Positions 1 to 11,726 of a DNA stretch of 64,000 nt are shown in pieces. The position numbers were made by a program, and so were the translations under genes. Each line of letters opens with the position of its first letter. Position 1 is the first letter of the stretch. The stretch is from contig NC_043001.1 of NCBI RefSeq assembly GCF_006345805.1, forward strand, positions 115,816,001 to 115,880,000, in the 5' to 3' direction. The stretch comes from Octopus sinensis. Lineage: Eukaryota. The notes below the pieces were generated by a model. It had not been told where the DNA came from, made no database searches, and worked only from the letters and a program-made list of their open reading frames with translations.

Positions 1-1020
1 TTTCGGCAGCATTTTCTTTGGCTGTCTTCTTCTTACAGCTCGACCTTATGTGGCCTTTCTCGCCACATTCGTAACATCATGGCTTTCTCCCCTCGACTAC
101 TACCATCATACAGGTATTTTCTCCAATTGTGAGGGAACTGGGCACTTTTTCTAAGTCTGAGGGGTTTGCTTGGATCACAAGCTCTAAATCTTGTCCAAAC
201 CAGTTCATGTGGCGATATCTCTTAGACTGAAGAATGGCAATTTCATCCTCTTTGCCTAAGAGAATAGCGGCTATGACAAAGGCCACATCTATTTCGGGTG
301 GAATATCCGTGACCGTTATTTTTGAAGTTCTCTTTCCTAAATAAGTCGGGAGAAGAACTACATCTTCCGACTTCAATGTCCTTGTTGAATGTTCCCTAGC
401 TTTTTCTTCGCAAGGGAAACGCACCTCTACAGTGCCAAAGCGACTACCCCTCGTTATATAACTTGTTTGTTGCCATATCGGCCTCAAGCATTTTTCTATG
501 GCTTCCCTCGGCACGAAGTCAATTTTTCTATTTTTCACATGATATGTTTTGTATATTACCGTCTTCTCTCCGTCGCGTAAATTAATTCACTGGGAGGGAG
601 CAACTTCACATTATCACCTTCTTTTTTTAGTAAACCTTGGTATTTCTTTAATTCTTCTTTGTTAATAACTATATTATCACAGGGGCGAGTTGCTGCACTC
701 GCAAAATTTACTTTTGACTTTTCCTGTTGTGTAGTAGCCTCGCTAGACATCTTGTCGTCTTCTTTAGTAATGCGCGCGTGAGACGCCTCTTTACTTTTAC
801 CTTCCTCCTCCCACATTTTCGCCTTCATGCCTTCAAACAAATTTTCAAAGTTTTCCTCCGACTCGAAAGAAATTGGTGGCAAATTCATGTTTTTCGTCGC
901 TTCGCCCCTGAAACAAGGGGGAAAGAAGAGCAAAACTCTGCTGCAGCAGCAGAAAAGAAGCGGTCTCGACGACCAAAACAGCAAATTTTCACAATTTTCA
1001 GCACAAAAACAATCTTTCAC
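1..1020 (-). pseudogene. Tx1/L1-clade LINE ORF1 (gag-like, RRM-type region plus CCHC zinc knuckle), disrupted; runs off the window edge
   Basis: ORFs 556-1020 and 77-538 join by a frameshift near 580. Reading through the TGA at 77-79 gives CYECGEKGHIRSSC (CX2CX4HX4C, 35-76). Homologous to the ORF1 remnant at 7776-7990 that precedes an APE-RT ORF2. Confidence 0.75.
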
Positions 1021-1138
1021 TGCGGAGCAAAGAATAACACTACCGATCAGAGAGAGAGCGGTAATTATTGTTTTCTTTCTGTTTCCCTTGTAACAGGATG
1101 AGAGTTCAGGAACACTGGTGGGGTGTCCGGTCTGATCT

Positions 1139-1539
1139 TGTCACATACAAGTTGAAGAACGGAACCAAAGTCAGGCTGTCTTCAATAACAACAATAATAG
1201 TTTATTCTGCGGTTCACAGGTAAAACATATACATATGTATTTCTTGTGGGGAAACTGGCAGCCGAGTCCACAGGACTGTTTACAATGTTCACTCGTGTGA
1301 GCCAAGAAGATACGGTGTTCGTTTCGCTTCGAAGTGAGAGCTTCTCTGTGCGTAGGGTGTTCCCTGAGAAGTCGAGCCACGTCCGATCGCTAGCTCTGCT
1401 CTGCTAGAAAGACCGATTTAGTGGTCACGCTTTCAGGTTGAAGTTCCTGCGCATGCGCATGAGGAAACTTCTGGTGGCCAACCGGAGGTAATCCAATTCT
1501 GCGCATGTGCACTGAAACTTACACAGAAGTGTCACTACA
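1139..1539 (-). mobile_element. LTR-like segment (TG...CA), possibly a solo LTR
   Basis: Minus strand starts TGTAGTGAC and ends GTGACA; AATAAA lies about 60 nt before the 3' end; the 5' part is rich in promoter motifs. No matching TSD (gatct vs ccata) and no TGG-type PBS. Confidence 0.4.
1441..1511. promoter_or_regulatory. Two NRF1/EWG-like palindromes with flanking ETS-like cores
   Basis: TGCGCATGCGCA at 1448-1459 flanked by TTCCT/AGGAA; TGCGCATGTGCA at 1500-1511. Confidence 0.4.
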
Positions 1540-1789
1540 CCATAATTCTTGTCTTTATTTTTGGCTCTCTAATTTCGTTTTTGTTCACCTCCACCCACCT
1601 CTTTCTCATTTTCAGGAGTTATTCTTTTTACACTATCCCCAATTCCGCATCTCAAAGCTGGCTCTCGTTTATCAAACAGACCGGCGAAGCTTAGGTTACC
1701 TTCAGACGGTTCTGAAATCACCATCATCCCTCATCATTGTTATCATCACCATCATCATCCTCCCCATCATCATCACCATCATTATTATC

Positions 1790-3010
1790 AGTATCATCGT
1801 CATTTTACGTTTGTCTTCCATGCTGTCATTAGTTGAACTGTTTGGCAGAATCTGATAAGCCAGAGGATTGTGTTGAGTGCCAATGTCTGCTTTTTACGAC
1901 AGTTTCTACAGATGGGTGTCCTTCCTATTACCAGTCATTTCACAGAGTGTACTGGATGTTCTTTTAAGAGTATTGTCACTAATGAGGCCACAAAGTAACT
2001 CAATTCTGAATTTCAGTTTGGAAAGAAGTGAAGGAAAATAGGAATGGATCAGGGAAGATGAGGTGATAAGTGGCAATACTTAAAGGGTCAGTTGTGGAGA
2101 GAATAGAGAGATGATGTGAAGCGTGTGGAGTTGGAGAGAGAGGTGAGTACTGTACAGAGGTATATAAAAGTCAAAATTAATATGCAAAGCTGTTTAGGGT
2201 TAATGGGGCATTCAGTGGAAAATATAGTGGTAAGAGGTAATATTGCGAATAAAAGATGGTTGACAAGAGAAGTGGTGCCAAAAACAAAAGTTGGATGAAA
2301 TATGTGCAGCTTTGTTCTCTTGTAATTACAGTATTTGAGTAAATAGTGCTATAATTAAAAGAGTGATGAAGGGGCTGATGTTATAAAGATGAGTTGTAGA
2401 GAAGGTTTGATTGGGACAGATGTTTTGTAGGGTTATAGGCGTATATAATATGCTTTTAGGATCTCATTTTTTGGTTGAGATAAAAAGGTCTTCTTGAGCA
2501 CAGCAAGTCACCAGTCATCTCTGTTTTTATCATCTCTTGCATGAGGCTCAATATCATGAAATCGATCTTCATTACTTCATCCCATATCTTCCTCCTGGTT
2601 TCCCTTTTCTATAAATTCCATCTACATTTAGCACATCAATGTGCATCACAGTACCATACCAGTGTAGTCTTCTTCCTTGCACACTACATCGGATAACTCT
2701 TATACCCAATTTTTCTCTCAGCAGATTTGCACTTTGTAGCATATTGCATATTGACTTTGCACATCTGGTAAAGCATGCTAATTTCATTTCTTTGCAACCT
2801 TTACATGTCTTCTGCTTTCGAGGACTATGTTTCACTACCATTTAGCATTGCTGTTCATGCACAATATCAGTCTGAGAGAGACGCTTTTTCATACAACAGA
2901 GGTAATAGCTCTCAGAAGTTTCTTCACTCACTTCTAATTTTAGCAACTGTGCTTTCAGAACATCCTACTCCTCTACTAATTAGGTCATCTAGTTAACAGC
3001 AACAACCTAC
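1790..3010 (-). mobile_element. Old RTE-clade LINE 3' fragment (ORF C-terminus plus 3' tail)
   Basis: Degenerate translation LREKLGIRVIRCSVQGRRLHWYG and GRPRKIWDEV-like motif (2510-3010); diverged copy of the RTE tail ending in (ATG)n near 1790-1930. Confidence 0.65.
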
Positions 3011-3597
3011 TATCTATAAGTAGATTAAATGCACTTGAACCCAGACAGGATAATCTTAGTTCAGACATGAACCCAGGAAGTACAATCTTAGCTCACTTTG
3101 AGGGCAAAGAATGGACTCAAATATACCACATAAAACAAAATATGGAATATTTACTACACAGATAAATGTGATTGTTTTTCTGAATATTCACTTTGTCAGC
3201 TGTCACTGAATGTAATATGTAGTAAGTGTTGAGTCACAGGTGATTGGTACATATACCACCCAGGAAGAGACAAATGAACAAAGCAATTATTTTATATAAT
3301 GAAAAATAAAGGCATTGGAGGGGCAATGCATATCCTATGCACAGATTATATTTTTCATAAACTATAGTGTAGATTGTAATGTGTTGCTTGCCCATGCTTT
3401 TTAATTGAACTGAATTAATTTTTTTAAAAGTATCGCCATTAAAGGTATTTATACTCCAGTGAAATTAAGTAATCAACTCCTCTATAGGCAAAACCCTGAA
3501 ATCCATCAGTGTACACACTCACACACACATACATACACACGCACATGCACACATACATACACGCAGTTGCAGCTCTATGTATGTATTTATATGACTT

Positions 3598-3970
3598 TTA
3601 CTCTCTTTTACTCTTTTACTTGTTTCAGTCATTTGACTGTGGCCATGCTGGAGCACCACCTTTAGATGAGCAAATCAACCTCAGGACTTATTCTTTTGTA
3701 AGCCCAGTACTTATTCTATCGGTCTCTTTTGCTGAACTGCTAAGTTACAGCGACGTAAACACCAGCATCGGTTGTCAAGCAATGTTGGTGGAGACACACA
3801 CAACACACATATATATCATATACATATATACGATGGGCTTCTTTCAGTTTCCATCTACAAAATCCACTCACAAAGCTTTGGTCGGCCTGAGGCTATAGTA
3901 GAAACACTTGCCCAAGGTGCCACTCAGTGGGACTGAACCAGAAACCATGTGGTTGGTAAGGAAGCTACTT
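3598..3970 (-). mobile_element. SINE family A (tRNA-like head, CORE-like CCTTGGGCAAGTG domain), head truncated by the adjacent Tx1 3' end
   Basis: Matches the many other copies (e.g. 24744-25157); ends at aagctactt, directly abutting the LINE tail. Confidence 0.8.
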
Positions 3971-6900
3971 TATTTCAATAAATTTGCCATGTAGGCATAA
4001 TACAAAGGGGACAAACAAGGACAGACAAACATAGAATAGTGAAGTAGCTTAAAGCGTTGTTATGAATTGATTAAAAATATGAAAAAGGCGAATAATTAAA
4101 AATAAAATAATATAAAATACCTTGCGTTATGCAACGTGACACCGAAAGAAAGGCATCTGACATCAGGGTGGGGCCTTTGCTTTTCTTCCAGCTCTCCACA
4201 TACTTGGTGCCAATCACTCCCAGCTTTCTTACCACAGGCTTCCATCTCATCTCGAATTTCTCACGTGACAGGTACTGCTTCCCCAGCCTGATCTTGCTGC
4301 TGAGGTGGTAACTAAAAATTTGACCAACCCTTAGTCAGATACAAAAGCACCCATCACAATCCCTTTCACATGTGTCTTCCATACCGTTTCTTTTAAAATG
4401 GCTACCACACCATAAAAACAGGCCTTCCTTTCCCTGCTAAGAGAAGAAAGCAGCACAATCTTGATGATGGATTCAGCTGATAGCTGTACTCTTCCCATCG
4501 ATGACAACAGTCGTTCTGTGAAAGCTATCAATCCCGATAATTGCGGACATCCCACGAATGCATTGCAAGATGGTTTCCCTGTCCTGCCCACATCTCGAAC
4601 ATGATGGTGAGGTGGCACTTCCGTGCCTTGAAAGCTTATCACGAACCAGTAACACCACATGGAAGCACTGCCAAGCAAGGATTTCTGGTAATTATCCAGA
4701 TACCTGTCCCGAATGTTCTCCTGAACAGGTTGATCAACTGATTTTCATCGTAGCCCAGGGTCTCCCCAAGGCGTCTTCAGACATTAATCCCTCTAACCCA
4801 CTATAAAAATCTGTGGTGGAACTTCTGCTGCCGGCATTGTCTGCCCGAGAGTGCCTTATGTCACTCCAAATGCCAATCCCCTAGTTTAGGTCTCTGCTTG
4901 ATCCATGTACCAGTGTTTGTTAAGGACTTTAACCTCGGAAGGTAGAACCAGACGTGCAGTTACCACACCTGTTCTCCATCCAGGTAAATCCAGAGGTGCC
5001 TCAGCTGTAACACAAATTTTTCATCCTCAGAAAAGGCATCCCTAGCTCACCCTTCAGTGGCTTCTGGCAGCAGACAGAGCGCTTCACAAGAGGCTTTCCT
5101 CCTTTCCACAGAAAGCAGAAAAAGATTCTCTCCAACTTGTTCAGCCACAAATCAGGGCAAGGCACCATGGTCAGACGGTAGGTGATAACAGATGCTATAA
5201 ACATCTACACCAACTCCACCTCCCTTAGCAAGGATAACATCTGCCCAGACTAAGTCTGGGTCAGAGCAGTCACCTTACTGGCTACCTCACTCCAATATTC
5301 TCTATCTGGAGGTCTGGTCCAAACCAGACGCCAAGCAGCTTAACAGGACCTTCTGTCCAATGCCCTACAACATTATTGGACGTCATCGGCTTGCCTCTCC
5401 ACGTGCTGAGTTGCAAACCGACTGACTTGTCCTTGTTAACCTTTGTTCCCGCCACCACCTCATAACTTTTGATGGCCTCTTCCACCACTGGAAGCTGGCT
5501 CTCATCCACCACAATGATGGAGATGTCATCCACATACACTGTAGCTCCACCTCCACACCACAGATCATTCGGTGTGCCTCCTAGTGCTTCCAGCTTCTGC
5601 AGCAATCACTCAAGAGCCAGTACATACAAAAGCGGAGAGGGGATACCCCTGACGCACTGAGAGTTCGATCCTGAATGGTTTCGAGAAGAATCCATTTACT
5701 TTGACTGCAGAATCGATGTTGCTGTACAAAGCAGCAATCCAACCATGGAAGGTTGGGCCTAGGCCAGCCTTTCCAAGGACTACTGCCAAGTACCGATGGT
5801 CGACCCTATCAAACGCTTTAGACTGGTCTAAATGTACCAGTGCCCCTCCTGTGCCAGAAAGATTCCCTACCCTCTCTAAGGTGTAACATTGAAGATGGAG
5901 ATTGTCACGGATCAACCTGCCCGGGATCACCTTCCAGCACCTCAATCACCTCCTCGGCTGTGATTGACCCTTCACAGCACTCAGCTTCTCACACCGAGAG
6001 ACATGGGCCACCAGACAGGAAGCCCCTAAGGGCCTCATCATGATCCAGCTTCCCACTCATCCCGAACAACTCAGCAAAGTGTTCGTAAAGTGCCTCACAC
6101 ATCTCGTCCTGTCTTTCGACTGAACTCCAACTATCATCAGTCAGAGACCTAATTGTGGCATCATTGCCACACTGGGTTTCTACCGTACGGGCTTATCTGG
6201 CAACATTAATTCAGTTATTAACCATCAGTTATTAACCACAGAGCCGGTTAACGCTCTCTATACTAATTCCTTAATCTGACTACGGCATGCTTCACAAGTC
6301 AAAATAGACTTGTTCAGCTTCCAGTAACCGGATCCTCTCTTAACTGCACTATCTATGTTCAGCTTACACTTAACCATTCTATGGTCCGTGTAGGATACTT
6401 GAACAAGATGTGGACAAATAAAGCTAGCCTTATCTCTAGCTCTTATCACTATCCTATCTAAGTAAGACTTGAACTTTCTATCGCCATTCATCCAGGTTCA
6501 CTCTGGGACATTCAGATGGTCAAGTCTGTAACAATCCTCTAGCTGAAATCGCTTAAGCAGATCTATGAGACGTGAGTTCATTTTCCTATCAATTGAGCCA
6601 ACACTGTCAATGCGTGCATCAACGAGAGCATTATTGTCACCTAACACCATTAATGTCTTTGACGTTATGAGAAAGGTCTCTAGGCGTTGATAAAAATTTG
6701 TTTGCAATCCTCTAGCACAGGGTGCATAGATTCCGATCAACCTGAAGGATCTACCACTGTACCTCATATCAAGGACGACCAGCCCACCTTCAGAGTCCAC
6801 ATACTTGTCTGCAGAGTCAAGCCTTTTCAGACAAGTACTACTACACCCCTCGACTTCCAGTCTGGCTAGGAGACATAGTTTTTTTCATAGCCATTCAGGA

Positions 6901-7990
6901 GGGGCAAGAAGGTTTTCAAACTGTCCTGCTTGGTCTCTGTAGCAACCATCACATGTATATCATGTGATCTGAGGTCATCGAGGAGGCAAGCTTGCTTCCA
7001 CTTCAAGCTCAGACCATGTACATTTAAGCACCCCAAGTTAAGTGAAACCATAAACCTGGGAGAAAAAAACAAAGGCTCTACTTACCCTTACTTGGAGATT
7101 CTGGGGCCAATCTCACCAAACGTGAGTCAGCCTCCTCCTTTCTGTCCTTCTCCAGGCATTCGGGTTGGTCTTTGACCCTCCTGATGCCTCTCAGATGCCT
7201 ATCCTTCATCTGCCTGAATAGGTTTTCCCCCATCCAGGCACGATTCATATGTGTGTCATTTAGATTCAAAAGTTTCACCGTAATGTGTTGTGGAATTTGT
7301 CCTTCCAAGTAATTGTCTTTAGAGTCATATTCGATTAAAATTGTTTCTTCATTCTTTGTGTTTTTTTCTGGGGCGATGGAGTGGGGTCTTATTTTTGTTA
7401 TCTGTGGTGTAGGGTTGTCTTTTTTCCCGTGGGGATGTGGGTGGGGAAGGTGCATGTAAATGTTTGCGAATTGTTGTGAATTCCCCTTGGGACATCTCCA
7501 TGGTGTCGTCTGGGGATGTTGTGTTTGAAATACAAGGTGCCTCAGAAATCAGGTAGGCGGGTTTTTTTTATTAATGTGGGGGTTTGTGTATGCTGGGGTT
7601 GGGTCTTTTCATTACTTTGTTTGGAGGTGGCACCACAACAGGGATTGGGAGCATTTGTTTTTGTGTGAGCTAGTGTAGGTGTGGGTTTGGGGATGTTTTG
7701 AATAGTTGTGGGGACTGGTGTCTGTAAGAGTTTTTTTATCTTTTTTTTCTTCTTTTCCTCCTCTTCTTTTTTATTTCACAATCGCTTCGAATGTGACCTT
7801 TTTTTTCCACATTCGAAGCAAGTGACCTTTTTTATCCTCCGCTTGAACTCAGAGGGTAACTTTTTCACCCATGCATACCCAGTCCGGAGGGTTTTCCATG
7901 GCTGAAATGCACTGCCCTGTCCAGGCAGAGCATGAAATCTGGAGGAATTGTATTTTGTCTGTCCTGTTGTACAACAGGGTAGCCATTACC
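3971..7990 (-). mobile_element. Near full-length decayed Tx1/L1-clade LINE (ORF1 3' part, APE endonuclease, RT, CCHC, 3'UTR)
   Basis: ORF1 knuckle CFECGKK-GHIRSDC (~7776-7820, +1 frameshift); APE motifs LNVHGL..ETK, GIYAP, GDNN, YTDH, GYWKLN (6258-7072); RT LDQSKAFDRV, VRQGYPLS, YVDD (5282-5945); C-terminal SCSRCGQDRET (4473-4658). Confidence 0.9.
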
Positions 7991-8059
7991 CCTAATATGT
8001 TAACCATACTGGTACTCATATCAACATTTGGACTTCTTAACTAGATGCTAGATAAGATC

Positions 8060-8700
8060 TCAATTATTGATGTTGAAGTCACCAAATTGTTAATTTATAG
8101 AAAAACTGACCTAGACTGCTTTTACTTAAAATAAAATTAAAGCTGCAGATGCTTAGAATCAATTTAAACAGCATTTGAATGTCACATCATATCCCTTCAA
8201 CAGCTTCTACTGACCACCAGATGTTGACATTTAGCTATGGATTGTGGCTACATATACGAGGCAGATAACGTCATAAGAGTTTGAAAGGAGCTTTTAAGAA
8301 AGTATTCTCTGAACTATGATCAGGGATACACACCCAGAGAAGTCGAAAAACTCTACTTCAACAAATCTTGAGAAGAGAAGCTGTATACACATCACAAAAT
8401 AAGCCATACACAGCTATGTTCAAAGAAATCTTCAAAGTAACACCAGCACTGATAACCAGAGTTATTAACAACAAGATATTAACTCTTACTTTAAAGGATA
8501 CGCTTTTGCAATACTAGAACCAGAAATAACAACTGCTTGAGGAATAAAATTGACAAAAAGGATATAGACCACCCAAATCATTAGAAAAAACTTCCATAGA
8601 AATGATAATCCTGAGGATACTAATACAAGAAGCTACTGAGATATGGAGAATATAATCCAACAAAATATGAAAGAATACTGATGGAATGTTCTTATAGACT
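8060..8700 (+). mobile_element. Highly decayed fragment, possibly PLE RT thumb region
   Basis: DVEVTK..IYRK-like motif followed by degenerate coding-like sequence with many stops. Confidence 0.3.
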
Positions 8701-9169
8701 AACAAAATGTAAACTTAACCGACCAGATTTAATGATCTACACACTTGTAATCAGTCACTCAGTAGTTCATCATCATTATCATCATCATTTAAACATCTGT
8801 TGTCTGTGCTGGCATGAGTTGGATGTTTTGACCAGGACTGGTGAAATGAAGGACTGCACCAGACTCCAGTCACATTTGCCATTGTTGTTAACATAATATT
8901 AAAGATGAGTAAAAAAGAACACATCTGAGTTGAATGGATGAGAAATCTGCTTTTAATCAATCCAGAATATGGTTCTATATTTCTATCAAGGGTTTTGGAA
9001 GCACATAAACTCAGAAAGAACACACCTAATCAAAAGATTACAAGTAATCAAGAGCGCTATCAAAATATGTAAAACAATCAAGAAGTTTGCCAAGTAATAC
9101 GTGCACATACATATACGTAAATGTTTATATACATACAGGTAAAGATATTATACATACATAATACATACA

Positions 9170-11190
9170 TACATGATGGCTGCCTCCTCGTAATCGAGTA
9201 TGGCCATTGCACGAGGCTTAGTTGTTAATGGTGCTGTGATCAAATGTGACTTTTCAGTCCAGCTAAAGATCTACTATGTCTTGTACAGAATTGGTAGCTA
9301 AAACCTTTATTGGCAATGCTGGCTGTAGTTGTAATTGGGCTTCATGTACCTTTGCATGTCGTTTTAGTCCTCCCGCCAAATCACATTCCCTTCCACATGC
9401 TTGAAAGATATGATTAGTATGGTGTGTACCACCACCACCAGTGGCCTGGTAGTCAATCATTGGTCTTGCTTTATGACTACGAAGATGACTCTTGAGTCCA
9501 GCATTACTGAGGCAGGGTCTTTCACAGACAGTGCATTTCAACATCATAAGGAGATCTTTACTGTCTGGCAGTGCCACTGCAATGCTCTTCCTGACATCCC
9601 TCCTCGCTTTCTGATGCCCAACTCAAGATTTCTCAAAAGTAGCTGTCCCCTCATGCACAACTCTTCTCTACCTACTATGGTCAATAGCTATGTCCTCCCA
9701 TGTGTCAGGAGAGATATCCTTTTTTTTTTCATTTATGTGGAGGTTGTTCTCCTTTAGGTAACTCTCTCATAAAAGAGTTGTTTTGGCATCCTTGAATCCT
9801 TCATCCTGACCAGATGACCACTCCATCTGAGCCTTCGCTTTAACACAAGAGCTTCTACACTTTCACACCGAGAGCCTTCCAATATTTGAAGATCACTGAT
9901 GCGGTCCTTCCACTTGATGCCATAGATCCGTCTGAAACAAATCTGATGGAAACGTTCCAGTTGTTTAAGGTGGTATCGATAGGTGACCCACGTCTCGCAG
10001 CATAGAGAAGAGAAGGGAGCACACATGCCTTGTACAACTTTATTTTTGTCTTTCTGCATATGTCTCGCGACTCCAGAGGCGCTTTTCTACCCTTCCGAAA
10101 GCAACACTTGCTTTCCTAATTCTATGTGGAATTTCATCATCCAAATTGCTATATCTATTAATAGTGCTTCCCAGGTAGACAAACTGATCAACTACATCAA
10201 GTCGTTTAACATACACATAGATATTTGGTACACTATACTGCTTACCAGGGCAGATTGATGTATGACAACAGTTTTCTTGAGATTGACTGTCAATCCTAAG
10301 GCAGTGCAAGCATCAGAGAATGCATTAAAAATGTGTTGCATATCAATCTCTGCGTGTGCTACTAGATCACAATCATCTGCATACAAAAGGTCTCTCATGA
10401 TAGAGGTAAATACCTTTGTTTTCGCAGCAAAGTGCCTGATATTAATATGCTGCCAGAGGTTCGATAATGGATGTAAACACCGTATCTGTAGTTTCTGAAT
10501 GCAATACAGAACACCATCGCAAAATATATGGCAAATAGAGTCGGTGCCAGGATATCCCCCTATTTCCATTTTGTATTGCAATGGCCTCCGACATTTCCCT
10601 CTAACATTCACCCTACCATTCATGTCTTCATGAAAAGACCTAACCAAAGCAAGGAACTTTTCAGGACACCCAAGTTTCTGGAGGACTTTCCACAATGCTT
10701 TTCTATTGACGGTATCAAGGCTTTTGTCAGATCTACAAAAAACTGATACAAATCCAGACCCTGTTCCACACTTCTCCTGAAGCTGTCTAGCTGAAAAGAT
10801 CATATCAGTAGTGCCACATCCCACACGAAAGCCAGATTGACTTTCTTGAAGAACACAGTCTGCAACGTATTTCAGCAGACGATCTTTAGTACCATGCATA
10901 AAACCTTTCCTACGACAGACAGCAATGATACTCCCCTATAATTACCCCAATCATTCCTGTTGCCCTTTCCCTTATACAGGACCACCATTACTGTATCTCT
11001 CCAGTCCTCAGGTACAGATTCACTAGTCCATATCTTACCAAACAAAGAGTGAAGTTTCTGCAGAAGTTTCTCACCACCATACTGTAACAACTCCGCATGT
11101 ATGCCATCCATACCCGGAAACTTCCCATTATTCAACACTGAGACAGCCATTGCAACTTCTTCCAGCTTTGGTGGTTCTGCGAGTGCTGCC
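9170..11190 (-). mobile_element. 5'-truncated RTE/BovB-like LINE
   Basis: PGMDGI, YKGKG...NYRGVSLLS, QSGFR, LLYADD, YLGS, RLRWSGHLVRM across ORFs 9754-11204; C-terminal C2H2-like motifs at 9220-9540. Confidence 0.9.
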
Positions 11191-11192
11191 TT

Positions 11193-11650
11193 TATAACAT
11201 ACAATGGAAGATTTTGGCCAGATGTAAGCCCTATACCAACGGCAGCGGAAGGTGCGGTCTATGCGACATGGAGAGATAGCTTATCTGGAAAAGCAGCTTA
11301 GACCCTACTACATGTCTAAATACAAGGACAGAGCTTTTCGGATCATGCCCACGTGTGACTAAATTTCTGTTACGTTTTTGGTCCCCTAAAGAAAACAGAC
11401 AGAACATGCTTTCTATGTTATGTCCCAAGAAGATTTATATATTTTTTATATATTTTATATATTTTTATGTATTTTATATAATTTTTATGACGAAAAATGC
11501 GAGCAAACAGAGTTATAACAGAGTAATTTCCCTTTATTTAACGGTATTTTTTCCTAGCGTTTTCAAATAGCCAGATAACCGAAGAGATGGTGTTGTGGAT
11601 TTCCACTTCGGCATCTGAAACTCAGAGTTTTATCTTGACTACCGAGTAAT
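11193..11650 (+). mobile_element. Penelope-like element 3' end (GIY-YIG C-terminus plus terminal repeat)
   Basis: IQWKILARCKPYTNGSGRCGLCDMER*LIWKSSLDPTTCLNTRTELFGSCP, typical of the PLE endonuclease C-terminus; followed by a hammerhead-like motif. Confidence 0.75.
11573..11635 (+). ncRNA. Type I hammerhead ribozyme-like motif, variant core
   Basis: Stem I AGATAA/TTATCT; core CCGAAGA; stem II GATG...CATC plus one extra T; GAAA; stem III ACT/AGT with CAG loop; GUU cleavage triplet. Confidence 0.5.
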
Positions 11651-11686
11651 GTAACATATTATTGTGTATATATATATATATATATC

Positions 11687-11719
<33 letters not shown>

Positions 11720-11726
11720 TATATAA

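Noticed and set aside
77-79. In-frame TGA before the zinc knuckle as selenocysteine or programmed readthrough
   Set aside because: Simplest explanation is a CGA to TGA CpG transition; similar lesions occur in the other LINEs and no SECIS was recognised.
1-1539. LTR retrotransposon gag behind a 5' LTR
   Set aside because: No PBS, and the ORF is homologous to the ORF1 of an APE-RT non-LTR element at 7776-7990.
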